From an uncultured Myxococcales bacterium (GTDB lineage Bacteria > Myxococcota > UBA727 > JABDBI01), in the NCBI GenBank assembly GCA_964385015.1, contig CAYLLS010000001.1:194339-258338 (forward strand): 64,000 bases of DNA, in the 5' to 3' direction. The notes under the pieces were generated by a model that was not told the DNA's origin, searched no databases, and saw only the letters and a program-made list of their open reading frames with translations. The position numbers and the translations under genes were made by a program. This document shows, one piece after another, positions 20,493-31,304 of this stretch; the stretch's first letter is position 1, and each line of letters opens with the position of its first letter.

Positions 20493-22526
20493 ATGTTTCA
20501 TATTGATTTGTTTTATGATAAAAGACTAATTAAAGTATTAAAATTTAAAGTAAAAAAGATATGTAAATTAAATTTTTATATTTTACATAGTATAGATGAT
20601 ATAAGTATTTTTACTTTAGAATTATTAATTCTTTATAATAATTATATATATTTCAATAATCGTAAAACTATAATTACAGATGATAAATTTGATCAATTAG
20701 TAGAGATATTAAAATTTAAACATATTAATTCTAAATTTATTTATGGTTTTAATATGACATATGAAGATATAAAAGATAATCAAAATGTTGTATTACATAA
20801 TCCATCGATGTTATCTTTACAGAAATGTTATAATATTAATGATTATAATATATGGTATAATCAAAGCAAATCTAGTATTATAATTATGCCTAAAATTGAT
20901 GGGATTGCTTGTAGTTTGAAATATAATAATGGTATATTAATATCTGCTGGCATGAGAGGCAATGGTTTAAAGGGTGATAATATTATTAATAATATTTTAA
21001 CTACATCCAATATTCCATTAAAATTATCTATGTGTATGAATGTTGAAATTCGTGGAGAGTTATATATAAAAAAATCGATTTTTAAAAAATATTTTAATAA
21101 TAAATTGATTGGTTCTAGAAGTATAGTTGCAGGAATTATACAAAGGAGTATAGATAAAAATTTAAATAATATGTTTTTATTGTCATTTTATGCATATGAT
21201 ATTATTGGTATAAATTGTTTCACTGAAGAAGATAAATTGAATTTTTTAAAAAGTTTAAAGTTTAATATCCCATCTTTTATAGTCAAAAAAACAAGTATTA
21301 ATATGAATATCATATTTTATAAATATTTTAATATAAAAAATCAATATGATTTTGAAACTGATGGTATAGTAATAAAATATAATAATATAGCAGTACAAAA
21401 GTATCTTGGAGTAACTTATAGTTATCCTAAGTTTGCTATTGCATATAAATATAATAGTAAATCTGTTATGTCTAAATTAATTAGAATTGTTTGGTCAATA
21501 GGAAGAGAAAATAGAATTACACCTATTGCTATTATTAAACCTGTTTTTATTCAAGGTGCATTGATTAATAAAGTTTCATTATATAATATTAATGTTTTTG
21601 TTAAACTTAAATTAAAAGTTAATTCTATCATAAGTATAATTAGAAAAGGAGGTATTATTCCTTATATAGAAAAAATATTGTATAGTAGTGGAAATATAAT
21701 TAAGGTTATTAAATTTTGTCCTGGATGTAAGTCTAAAGTTGTAAGAATTAAAAACTTTATATATTGTACTAATGGTCAAAAATGTTCTTTAACAATTATT
21801 AAATCTATTCATTATTATTGTAAAATGATAAAGTTATATGGATTTGGAATACAATTAATTAAACATTTAGTATTTCATAATATAATTCATAATATTCATG
21901 ACATTTATAAATTAAATATATCTGATTTAATATCTATCAAGAATATTAATAATCATATGGCGCATAAATTATTATTAGAAATTAATAACAATAATAATAT
22001 AGATTTTGCTAATTTTTTAACAGCTTTAGGGATACCACATATTGGATATCAAACTGCTGTATTAATAACAAAGTTTTTCTATTCATTTGATAATTTGCAA
22101 AAGGCTGTTGTTGATGATATAAAACAAATTATTGGAATAGGAGAGAAAAAAGCTACATTATTAGTCAAAACATTAAATAAGCGTAATATGGAAATATACA
22201 ATATTTTAAAGCATATAACATTATATAATAGTAATAAAATACATAAATTAAATAAAGAGCATAGGTTTTATAAGAAAAACATTGTTTTTACTGGTAAAAT
22301 GATGTTTTTAAAACGAGCTATTGCTCAAAAACATATATATAAATTAGGTGGTTATGTAAGCAATAATGTTAGTGTAAGTACAAATTATTTAATTAAGGGT
22401 ATAAGCAAATATACCACTAATAAAGAAAAAAAATCATATAATTTAATAAAGAATAATTGTAAATTAACAATTATGAATGAAAAAGAATTTATTAAAATAA
22501 TTAATTATGTATCATGTATGATTTAG
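20493..22526 (+). CDS. ligA: NAD-dependent DNA ligase (strongly diverged)
   Basis: MLSL, adenylation PKIDG, EIRGE, ETDGIVIK, FAIAYK, Cys4 Zn finger, ALGIPHIG HhH, C-terminal BRCT (IVFTGK). Confidence 0.93.
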   Translation: MFHIDLFYDKRLIKVLKFKVKKICKLNFYILHSIDDISIFTLELLILYNNYIYFNNRKTIITDDKFDQLVEILKFKHINSKFIYGFNMTYEDIKDNQNVVLHNPSMLSLQKCYNINDYNIWYNQSKSSIIIMPKIDGIACSLKYNNGILISAGMRGNGLKGDNIINNILTTSNIPLKLSMCMNVEIRGELYIKKSIFKKYFNNKLIGSRSIVAGIIQRSIDKNLNNMFLLSFYAYDIIGINCFTEEDKLNFLKSLKFNIPSFIVKKTSINMNIIFYKYFNIKNQYDFETDGIVIKYNNIAVQKYLGVTYSYPKFAIAYKYNSKSVMSKLIRIVWSIGRENRITPIAIIKPVFIQGALINKVSLYNINVFVKLKLKVNSIISIIRKGGIIPYIEKILYSSGNIIKVIKFCPGCKSKVVRIKNFIYCTNGQKCSLTIIKSIHYYCKMIKLYGFGIQLIKHLVFHNIIHNIHDIYKLNISDLISIKNINNHMAHKLLLEINNNNNIDFANFLTALGIPHIGYQTAVLITKFFYSFDNLQKAVVDDIKQIIGIGEKKATLLVKTLNKRNMEIYNILKHITLYNSNKIHKLNKEHRFYKKNIVFTGKMMFLKRAIAQKHIYKLGGYVSNNVSVSTNYLIKGISKYTTNKEKKSYNLIKNNCKLTIMNEKEFIKIINYVSCMI

Positions 22527-22718
22527 ATGATTTATATCAAGAGAATTTGATTATTACATATGCTTGAATATGGTATTAAATAATTATTATATTATTTAAT
22601 AAAATTATTGATTTATTGTTTAAAAATATATAATATATATATTAGCTTCATATAATTATTAAGTAATGTAATTTGTATGATATAATTGATCATAGTTAAT
22701 GTTATAAGATGATTCATC

Positions 22719-23282
22719 ATGTATATTATTGTTGGATTAGGGAATCCTGGTAAAAAATATTCTAATACTAAGCATAATATTGGATTTATGTGTATTGATA
22801 AATTTATTAAGTCTTCATGTAAATCTACTATATGTTATAATAAATTTTTTAGTATTTATTATAAAAATTATATAAACAATCACACATTACATATATTAAA
22901 GCCACAGGTATATATGAATTTATCTGGGATATCAGTATATAAAGCATCTTTTTTTTTAAAATCTAAAAATATTATTATTATTCATGATGATGTAAATACA
23001 CCACTTGGTACAATAAAAATAGATAATATTGGACATCATAATGGTCATAATGGCATTAAAAATATTATAAGTTATATTGGCTCAAATTTTATTAGAATTA
23101 AAATAGGAATAAGCACTCAATATAATAATCATCAAAAAAAATATGTTTTATCTAATTTTAATAATATAGATGCTAATGCATTAGACTTATTATTATTAGA
23201 TGTTATACGTATTATAAAACTTATTATAATTAATGGATTTTCATATGTTAAAAATTATGTTAATAATGGAATTAATATATGA
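22719..23282 (+). CDS. pth: Peptidyl-tRNA hydrolase
   Basis: IVGLGNPGKKYSNTKHNIGF, KPQVYMNLSG, IHDD, GHNGIK. Confidence 0.96.
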   Translation: MYIIVGLGNPGKKYSNTKHNIGFMCIDKFIKSSCKSTICYNKFFSIYYKNYINNHTLHILKPQVYMNLSGISVYKASFFLKSKNIIIIHDDVNTPLGTIKIDNIGHHNGHNGIKNIISYIGSNFIRIKIGISTQYNNHQKKYVLSNFNNIDANALDLLLLDVIRIIKLIIINGFSYVKNYVNNGINI

Positions 23283-23983
23283 TAAAAAATAGTCTTATAG
23301 ATAATGAATTTATGTTTTTTAAAGATAATATAGCTAAATTTATAGATCATACATTGTTAAAAATAGATGCAACATTACAAGAATTAAAACAACTATGTAA
23401 TGAGGCAAAACAATGGAATTTTCTTGGTGTATGTGTTAATTCAAGTAATATTTTATTAGTATCTAAGGAGTTATATGGTACTCAAATTATCCCTATTGCA
23501 GTAGTAGGATTTCCTTTGGGAGCATCAAGTACATTGTCTAAAGTAGTGGAAGCTAAAAATGCTATTAATGATGGTGCTAAAGAAATAGATATGGTTATAA
23601 ATATTGGTGCATTGAAATCAAAAAATTATACTACAGTTATGACTGATATATGTAGAGTAGTAAAGATTGCTCAACCATATCAAGTTAAAGTCATATTAGA
23701 GATGTCACAATTAAATTATAAAGAAAAAATTATTGCTTGTGCAATATCTAAAGCTAGTGGTGCATCTTTTATTAAAACATCTACAGGATTTAATGTGTCT
23801 GGAGCTACTATTGAAGATGTGTCTTTGATGAGAATGATAGTTGGATATGATATGGGAGTAAAAGCTTCTGGAGGAATTAAAACTAAAAATGATTTAATAA
23901 CAATGATTAAAGCAGGTGCCAATCGCATTGGAACATCTAAATCTTCATTGATTATGTTAGAAAATAATGATAGTAAGTATTAA
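23279..23983 (+). CDS. deoC: Deoxyribose-phosphate aldolase
   Basis: IDHTLLK, VVGFPLG, GAKEIDMVINIG, FIKTSTGF, GVKASGGI, RIGTS. Confidence 0.97.
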   Translation: MIKNSLIDNEFMFFKDNIAKFIDHTLLKIDATLQELKQLCNEAKQWNFLGVCVNSSNILLVSKELYGTQIIPIAVVGFPLGASSTLSKVVEAKNAINDGAKEIDMVINIGALKSKNYTTVMTDICRVVKIAQPYQVKVILEMSQLNYKEKIIACAISKASGASFIKTSTGFNVSGATIEDVSLMRMIVGYDMGVKASGGIKTKNDLITMIKAGANRIGTSKSSLIMLENNDSKY

Positions 23984-24008
23984 TGTTATAAAATTTTAGA
24001 GTATTTAT

Positions 24009-25313
24009 ATGCAAATTTATGGTTTAATTAAGAAAAAACGTGATGGTTATAGTTTAAACACTAAAGATATCAAATATTTTATTAAAAAATATACTGAAAA
24101 TAAAATTCCAGATTATCAAGCTTCAGCTTTAGCAATGGCAATTTTTTTTCAAGGTATGAATCATGATGAAATTCTTGCATTAACATATTCTATGTTGCAT
24201 TCTGGAAAAATTTTAAATTTTTCTCATTTAAATAGATGTGTCATAGATAAACACTCTACTGGAGGTGTTGGAGATAAAACTAGCATAGCATTAGTTCCTG
24301 CAGTTGCATCTTATGGTATTGGTGTTCCAATGATGTCTGGTGGTTCTTTAGGACATACTGGAGGTACTCTAGATAAATTGTCATCTATACCTAATTTGAA
24401 TACTAATATATCAATAAATAACATATATAAGTTAATTAAACAACATAGTTGTTGTTTTATTTCATCGACACAAGAAATAACCCCTGCTGATAAAAAATTT
24501 TATGCTTTAAGAGGTGTAACTGGGACAGTTGAATGTTTTTCATTAATTATGTCTTCTATAATGTCTAAAAAATTATCAGAAGGTATTAATGGTCTTGTAT
24601 TAGATGTCAAGTATGGATCTGGAGCTTTTATTGAAAATTATAAAGATGCTAAAAAATTTGCTTTATCTATTGTTAAAATGAATCATATTATTGGTAAAAA
24701 AATTATTGTTCGTTTAAGTGATATGTCGCAGCCATTAGGAAACATGATAGGTAATGCTTTAGAAATAGAAGAATCTATAGATATATTACATGGAAATGGA
24801 CCTAATGATTTAAAAAAACATATTTGTGAATTAGGTGGAGAAATGTTGTTTTTAGGCAATATAGTACAGTCTTTATGTGAAGGAAAAGCATTAATTAAAA
24901 AATCATTATTAAATGGAAATGCATTAGAAAAATTTGCTGAAATTATTTCTGCGCAAAATGGAAATTATAAAGTTATATTTAATAAAAAATTATTGCCACA
25001 AGCTAATAAAAAAATTCAATATTTATCTACACAATCTGGTTATTTAATTGGAATTAATACTAAACAAATAGGTATTGTTGTTTTATTATTGGGTGGTGGT
25101 AGACAGAAATTAAATGATAGAATAGATCCTAGAGTAGGATTGAAAATGCATGTCAAAATTGGAGATAAAATAATTAGGAAACAGATTTTATGTACAATAT
25201 TTTTAGGCGATAAAAATGCTGATGAGGCTTTATGTTTATTAAAAAAAAGCTTTTATTTTTCTAAAGAAAGTGTTTCTGCACCAAATTTATTTGGCATGCG
25301 TATAGTTGCTTAA
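24009..25313 (+). CDS. pdp: Pyrimidine-nucleoside/thymidine phosphorylase
   Basis: KKRDG, IPDYQ, DKHSTGGVGDK, GHTGGTLDKL, PADKKFYALR, SIMSKK, LDVKYGSGAF. Confidence 0.95.
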   Translation: MQIYGLIKKKRDGYSLNTKDIKYFIKKYTENKIPDYQASALAMAIFFQGMNHDEILALTYSMLHSGKILNFSHLNRCVIDKHSTGGVGDKTSIALVPAVASYGIGVPMMSGGSLGHTGGTLDKLSSIPNLNTNISINNIYKLIKQHSCCFISSTQEITPADKKFYALRGVTGTVECFSLIMSSIMSKKLSEGINGLVLDVKYGSGAFIENYKDAKKFALSIVKMNHIIGKKIIVRLSDMSQPLGNMIGNALEIEESIDILHGNGPNDLKKHICELGGEMLFLGNIVQSLCEGKALIKKSLLNGNALEKFAEIISAQNGNYKVIFNKKLLPQANKKIQYLSTQSGYLIGINTKQIGIVVLLLGGGRQKLNDRIDPRVGLKMHVKIGDKIIRKQILCTIFLGDKNADEALCLLKKSFYFSKESVSAPNLFGMRIVA

Positions 25314-25352
25314 TTATATGTTTGTTATCGTATATTTAGGATATATAAAAGA

Positions 25353-26777
25353 ATGTATAAAAAACGAATTTTCATTACAATATTAATTGTATTAATAATA
25401 AATAGCAGTAATAATATGTCATATATATTTGCTGTAGACACATTATCTAATAATATTATATTACAGAATAATGTTTTAAATATTGATAATATCAATTCAT
25501 TTGAACACCAATATTCTCGTTTTATTGGTTTCTTAGGATATATATTCATATTATTAATATCTATATTTTTATCTGATAATAGAAAATATATATCGATTAA
25601 GTTAGTATGTTTTGGTTTATTCATGCAATTCGGTTTTGCATTTATAGTTTTAAAATCTAGTATAGGCAATAAATTTTTTAACATTGCAAATGCTATTATT
25701 ATTAAGTTATTAAGCTTTGCAAATAATGGTTCTAAATTATTATTTGGAAATTTAATTTATAATATAATTCCAATACATGAATCCTTATCTATAAATATTA
25801 GTGCATTTTTTGCATTTAGTGTATTGCCAACTATTATATTTTTTGCTGCTTTAACTGCTGTATTGTATCATGTAAGAATATTAGAATATATTGTTATGGG
25901 AATTGCGTTTATTATGAAAAAAACATTAAAAACGTCAGGTGCTGAAAGTTTTTCTGCTGCTGCAAATATTTTTGTAGGGCAAACAGAAGCCCCTTTGGTT
26001 ATTCGTCCTTTTTTAAAAAATATGACTAATTCTGAAATAATGACTGTAATGACAGGAGGATTTGCAACTGCTGCTGGTGGTGTAATGGCTGCATATGTTG
26101 GTATTTTAAATAATTATTTCCCAGATATTGGAGGGCATTTATTAGCTGCTTCAGTTATGGCAGCTCCTGGATCAATTACTATATCTAAAATAATAGTGCC
26201 AGAAACATGTTATAAAAAGATTTCATCATCTAAGGATGTAGTATTACAAAAAACATCATCTAATATTTTAGATGCTGCTGCTAAGGGAACAAGTGATGGG
26301 TTATATTTAGCATTAAATGTAGGAGCAATGTTAATAGCTTTTACTGCATTAATCGCTTTTTTAAATTATATTATATCTTATATAGCTACACTATGTGGAT
26401 TTCAGGATTTTTCTTTAGAAGTATTTTTAGGATATATATTTTCTCCTCTTGCTTTTTTAATGGGTGTGCCATGAATTGATGCACCTATTGTGGGATCTTT
26501 ATTAGGAATTAAAATTGTTGCCAATGAAATTCTTGCATATGGTAAATTAGCAGATTATTTAAAAATGCATTCTATTCATCATTTTAAAAGTATTATTATT
26601 TCTACATATGCATTATGTGGTTTTGCTAATTTAAGTTCAATTGGTATTCAAATAGGTGGATTGTCTGCAATAGCTCCTAATAGAAGATCTGATTTCGCTA
26701 AGCTAGGATTTAAAGCTATGATTGCTGGATCTTTAGTATGTTGTCAAACAGCAACTATTGCTGGAATTATTTTATAA
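25353..26777 (+). CDS. nupC: NupC/CNT-family Na+/H+-nucleoside cotransporter interrupted by one in-frame TGA at 26472-26474 (nonsense allele, read-through or sequencing error)
   Basis: FAFSVLPTIIFF, GAESFSAAANIFVGQTEAP, MAAPG; both ORF-track pieces are in the same frame: ...LMGVP-TGA-IDAPIVGSLLGIKIVANE...YALCGFANLSSIGIQIGG. Confidence 0.9.
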
Positions 26778-26801
26778 TACATATTATCAGGATTAATAAT
26801 T

Positions 26802-27644
26802 TTGAATAGAAAAGAAATACATGTGACAGTTAATTATATTAAAGATATATTAAAATTAAAGCAAAATCAATATAATACATCTATTGGTATTGTATTAGGA
26901 TCTGGACTAGGATTTTTAGTTGATTATTTACATAAATTTTATTCATTAAAAAAAATTAAATATAGTGTTATACCTAATTTTGTAATATCCTCTGTAGATG
27001 GTCATGATGGTATATTGGTTTATTTTACTATAAATAGTGTATCTATTTTTATCTTACAAGGAAGATTACATTGTTATGAGGGATATTCTGTTAAACAAGT
27101 AGTCTTTCCTATAAGAATTTTAATTGCTCTGGGTGTTAAAACACTATTATTAACTAATGCAGCTGGTGCAGTGAATCATAATTTAAATATTGGTGATTTA
27201 ATGGTTATTACAGATCATGTCAATTTAACAAATAATAATCCATTAGTTGGATTGAAAACAAATGATTTTGGGACTTGTTTTGTTGATATGAGTTATGCTT
27301 ATAATGGGATATTAATAGAGCAATTAAAATGTATATCTAATCAGTATAATATATTTTTAAAAAATGGAGTGTATGGTGCTGTATTAGGGCCAAGTTATGA
27401 AACTCCAGCTGAAATTAATTTTATTCGAAATTGTGGAATTGATGCAATTGGGATGAGCACAGTATATGAAACAATTGTAGCTCGTCAGCAAAAAGTTTTT
27501 GTATTAGGCATATCTTGTATTACTAATAAAGCTGCTGGATGTAATAATGATATTATATCTCATAATGATATAAAAAATATCAAATATAAAATACGTGATA
27601 ATTTTAATATATTAATATATAATTTAATAAAAACATTGGTTTAA
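26802..27644 (+). CDS. punA: Purine-nucleoside phosphorylase (trimeric type)
   Basis: GIVLGSGLG, VDGHDG, QGRLHCYEG, LTNAAGA, GPSYETPAE, GMSTVYE, CITNKA. Confidence 0.95.
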   Translation: MNRKEIHVTVNYIKDILKLKQNQYNTSIGIVLGSGLGFLVDYLHKFYSLKKIKYSVIPNFVISSVDGHDGILVYFTINSVSIFILQGRLHCYEGYSVKQVVFPIRILIALGVKTLLLTNAAGAVNHNLNIGDLMVITDHVNLTNNNPLVGLKTNDFGTCFVDMSYAYNGILIEQLKCISNQYNIFLKNGVYGAVLGPSYETPAEINFIRNCGIDAIGMSTVYETIVARQQKVFVLGISCITNKAAGCNNDIISHNDIKNIKYKIRDNFNILIYNLIKTLV

Positions 27645-27656
27645 TGTAAAAATGAT

Positions 27657-30311
27657 ATGTTATGTAATATGGTAATTAATATGAATAATAAATATTTTAT
27701 AGGTTGTTTTAATGGCATTAAAGAGTATCGTTTAAATAATGGGTTGCAAGTGTTATTGATAGAAGATTATTCTCGTCAAGACATTACTGTGCATATGACT
27801 TATTTAGTTGGTTCTAGACATGAAGGGTTAGGAGAAACAGGAATGGCTCATTTGTTAGAACATATGTTATTTAAAAAAACTATACATATAAAAGATATTA
27901 AATTTCTTTTGCACTCGAAAGGAGCTTTGTTTAATGCTAGCACTTGGTTTGATAGAACTAACTATTATGAAACTTTACCATATAATGATAATAATTTAGA
28001 ATTTGCTATTTCATTAGAAGCAGATCGCATGATGAACTGTATTATTACACAAGAAGATTTAAATTCTGAAATAAAAGTAGTGATAAATGAATTAGAAATG
28101 TGTGAAAATTGTCCTGAAACAGTTTTGCATGATCATGTAATGTCTACAGCATTTCAATGGCATAATTATGGCAAATCTACTATTGGAAATAAATATGATA
28201 TTAAAAATGCATCTGTTCAGTTATTATATAGTTTTTATAAAAAATATTATCAACCAGATAATGCAGCTTTAGTAATTTCTGGACATTTTAAAGACATAAA
28301 TGCTTTAAAATTAATTAATTCTTATTTTAGTCATATAAAGAAACCTGATCGCAAATTAAATATTATATATACTAGAGAACCTGCACAAGAAGGGAATAAA
28401 GATATTAATATATTTAGAGCAGGAACTATTTCTATTATATGTATTGGTTATCATATACCTAATGGTAGCAATATAGATTTTATTAGACTTAAAATATTTT
28501 TAGAAGCTATGATATATGAACCAAGTGGACAATTATATAAAGAACTTGTTATAACTAATATTGCTGATTATGTATTTGGCATGGCACATGCTTTATATGA
28601 TCCATCTATGTTATTGTTTTTTGCACAAACTAAAAATATAAATCAAATTTTGCATATGAAAGAAAAATTAATTTCTTGCATAGAGAAATATGATGACAAT
28701 ATTATTAAAGATAATATACAAAAAATAAAGTATAATTTATTAAAAAATATAAAATTTATATTATCGAATACTAAAAAATTAACTTCATGTTTAAGTGAAT
28801 ATATAGCTCAAGGCAACTATAAATTATTTTTTTGGTATAAAGATATTGTGCGTCATATTACTAGTAATGATGTATTACATAATATAAAAAAATATCTTAT
28901 TCCATCTAATAGAACTGTAGGTGTTTTTATTCCAAAAAACAAAAATAATATTATTAATATTAATAAAGATACAGCTGTAATTAATCAATGTAATAATATA
29001 ATATATCATAATCATATAAATGATAATAATATTATATTTAATGCTAATAATTTGCATAAATATAATCAAATTATTACATTATCTAATAAAGTCGCTTTAT
29101 CCTTATTACATAAGAGTACTAGAGAAAATTTAGTATATATGAAAATTAATTTTTATTGTGGGAATGAAGAATCTATTTTAAATCATGTAGAAGAAAATTT
29201 ATTATTACCTAAGTTTTTTCTTCGTGGCACTAAAAATAAATCTTATCAACAGATAAAAGAATATCTTGATCAATTAGAATCAAGTATTGATTTTGAATCC
29301 AGCATTGGAGTTGTATCAGCAAATATTATATCTGATAAAAAAAATGTAATTTTAGTATTAAAATTGCTATTTGATATTATTAGTAATACATTGTTTTCTT
29401 ATAATGATTTTTTATTATTACGTAATCAAGCTATATCTAAATTAATGAAAAATTTATCACATGTAGAAACCATGTGTTTTAATGCTTTATCTAAATCTAT
29501 TAATCCATGTTCTAAAAATAGCATTCACTATATTCCTAGTTTGTTAGAAAGAGTTAATCTGTTAAAAACACTTACTGTAGATAATATATATAAGTTTTAT
29601 AAATTAAATTTTAATTTTCATAATATTAAAGTTAGTGTTGTTGGTTCATTTGATGAACGTAAGATTATTGCATTTTTTAATAATATTATTATTTTAAATT
29701 CGCCATGTGTTTATAAACGTATTAAAGATAAATTTATTAAATTTGATAATCAAGATCAATTGATTAAATTTGATGATAAACAAATGTCTTTTGTAGTGTT
29801 AGCTACTAAAATTAAAATTAGAGAATATGATGATGATTATGCTGCTCTAAAAATCGCTCATTATATTTTCGGTGAAAGTATAAATTCACGTTTAATATAT
29901 AAAATTAGGGAAACTGAAGGATTGTCATATAATATTGGTAGTCAATTATCTTCTAGCAAATTTGAACAGTGTTCTATTATTACTATTCATGCTATGGCTT
30001 CAAACCATACTGCATCAAAAGTGTTAAAACTTATAAAAAATGAATTAAGTCAGTGGGTTCATTATGGTATATCTCAAGATGAATTAGATTCTGCTAAATT
30101 GAGTTTTAATGCTTTAATTACTAATTTATTGAATAATAATAAAATTTTAGCTAATATGTTAGTAGATAATTTATATGCTAATCAAACTTTTATATTATAC
30201 AAAAATTTATTAGAAAAAATACATTTATTAAATAAAGATAATGTTAATAGTACTATTAAAAAAATATTTAAAAATTATACAATAAGTTCTATTATAGGTG
30301 GAAATATATAA
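27657..30311 (+). CDS. M16-family zinc peptidase (PqqL/pitrilysin-like, two-half single chain)
   Basis: LNNGLQV, VGSRHE, GMAHLLEHMLFK (HxxEH), NASTWFDRTNY, YYQPDNA; C-terminal SRL...IRETEGLSY. Confidence 0.92.
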   Translation: MLCNMVINMNNKYFIGCFNGIKEYRLNNGLQVLLIEDYSRQDITVHMTYLVGSRHEGLGETGMAHLLEHMLFKKTIHIKDIKFLLHSKGALFNASTWFDRTNYYETLPYNDNNLEFAISLEADRMMNCIITQEDLNSEIKVVINELEMCENCPETVLHDHVMSTAFQWHNYGKSTIGNKYDIKNASVQLLYSFYKKYYQPDNAALVISGHFKDINALKLINSYFSHIKKPDRKLNIIYTREPAQEGNKDINIFRAGTISIICIGYHIPNGSNIDFIRLKIFLEAMIYEPSGQLYKELVITNIADYVFGMAHALYDPSMLLFFAQTKNINQILHMKEKLISCIEKYDDNIIKDNIQKIKYNLLKNIKFILSNTKKLTSCLSEYIAQGNYKLFFWYKDIVRHITSNDVLHNIKKYLIPSNRTVGVFIPKNKNNIININKDTAVINQCNNIIYHNHINDNNIIFNANNLHKYNQIITLSNKVALSLLHKSTRENLVYMKINFYCGNEESILNHVEENLLLPKFFLRGTKNKSYQQIKEYLDQLESSIDFESSIGVVSANIISDKKNVILVLKLLFDIISNTLFSYNDFLLLRNQAISKLMKNLSHVETMCFNALSKSINPCSKNSIHYIPSLLERVNLLKTLTVDNIYKFYKLNFNFHNIKVSVVGSFDERKIIAFFNNIIILNSPCVYKRIKDKFIKFDNQDQLIKFDDKQMSFVVLATKIKIREYDDDYAALKIAHYIFGESINSRLIYKIRETEGLSYNIGSQLSSSKFEQCSIITIHAMASNHTASKVLKLIKNELSQWVHYGISQDELDSAKLSFNALITNLLNNNKILANMLVDNLYANQTFILYKNLLEKIHLLNKDNVNSTIKKIFKNYTISSIIGGNI

Positions 30312-30313
30312 TT

Positions 30314-31162
30314 TTATATTGCATCAATATTATTTTTAATATTATATATAAGTGTATAAGCTTCTTTAATATTTATAGAATATTTTAAATTTAAATATTT
30401 AGCAATGATTTTAGGTTTTTTATTAGTATGTTTTATTAATTTTATAATTTTTGTATATATATGATAATTGCATTGTTTATTAGTATTATATTTAGTGTTT
30501 TCAACAATAATTACTATTTCTCCTTTTGCAATGACTTGAGGAATTAAATTTTGTCCTAAATATCCTCTATGAAATGTTTCATGTTGTTTAGTTAATTCTC
30601 TAGCAATAATAATTTTTTTATATCCACACCATGTTTTTAAATCAAGTAAAGTATTGATGATTCTTTTAGGTGATTCAAAAATAATTATAGACATTGATAA
30701 ATTCAGAGAATTTATAATAATTTGTTTACGCTTGAGTCCTTTTCTAGGTAAAAAACCTAAAAATATAAAATTAGACATATTAAATCCTGATCCCATTATG
30801 GCTGATGTCAATGCACTAGGTCCAGGAATTAATTGTATATTATAATTATATTTAATTGCTGTGTTTATAATGTTTCCTCCTGGATCACTTATATTTGGGG
30901 ATCCAGCATTACAAGATAATATAATATTATTATTTTTTAATAACATCATAATTTTATATAATTTATTATTGTTAATGTTTTGTGTATATGATATAAATAT
31001 TTTTTTGTTATAATTAATATTTAAAATATGTAATAATTTTTTAGAATGTTTAATATTTTCTACTAAAATAATATTACATTTTTTAAATTCTTGAATAGCT
31101 CTTATTGAAATATCATATATATTACCAATAGGTGTAGTAATTATCTTAAGTGTTCCATACAT
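30314..31162 (-). CDS. rsmI: 16S rRNA (cytidine1402-2'-O)-methyltransferase
   Basis: TPIGNIYDIS.RA, AGSPNISDPG, IPGPSA, FLGFLPRK, FESPKR, RELTKQHE. Confidence 0.95.
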   Translation of the reverse strand: MYGTLKIITTPIGNIYDISIRAIQEFKKCNIILVENIKHSKKLLHILNINYNKKIFISYTQNINNNKLYKIMMLLKNNNIILSCNAGSPNISDPGGNIINTAIKYNYNIQLIPGPSALTSAIMGSGFNMSNFIFLGFLPRKGLKRKQIIINSLNLSMSIIIFESPKRIINTLLDLKTWCGYKKIIIARELTKQHETFHRGYLGQNLIPQVIAKGEIVIIVENTKYNTNKQCNYHIYTKIIKLIKHTNKKPKIIAKYLNLKYSINIKEAYTLIYNIKNNIDAI

Positions 31163-31304
31163 AAATTATATCCAATATATATATTTTTTTATAAATATAT
31201 TAAAATAATATAATAATTTTATTTTTATATTGATTATATTATAAATTATAAAGATAATAAAAAATAATTAAGAATATTTTTATTATAAAATTGAGATTTA
31301 TTAT

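Noticed and set aside
22577-22604. Hairpin TATTAAATAAT-tattat-ATTATTTAATA downstream of ligA
   Set aside because: All-AT stem expected by chance at this composition; no convincing terminator features
26490-26777. Separate 95-aa gene downstream of nupC
   Set aside because: It is the in-frame C-terminal part of NupC after the internal TGA
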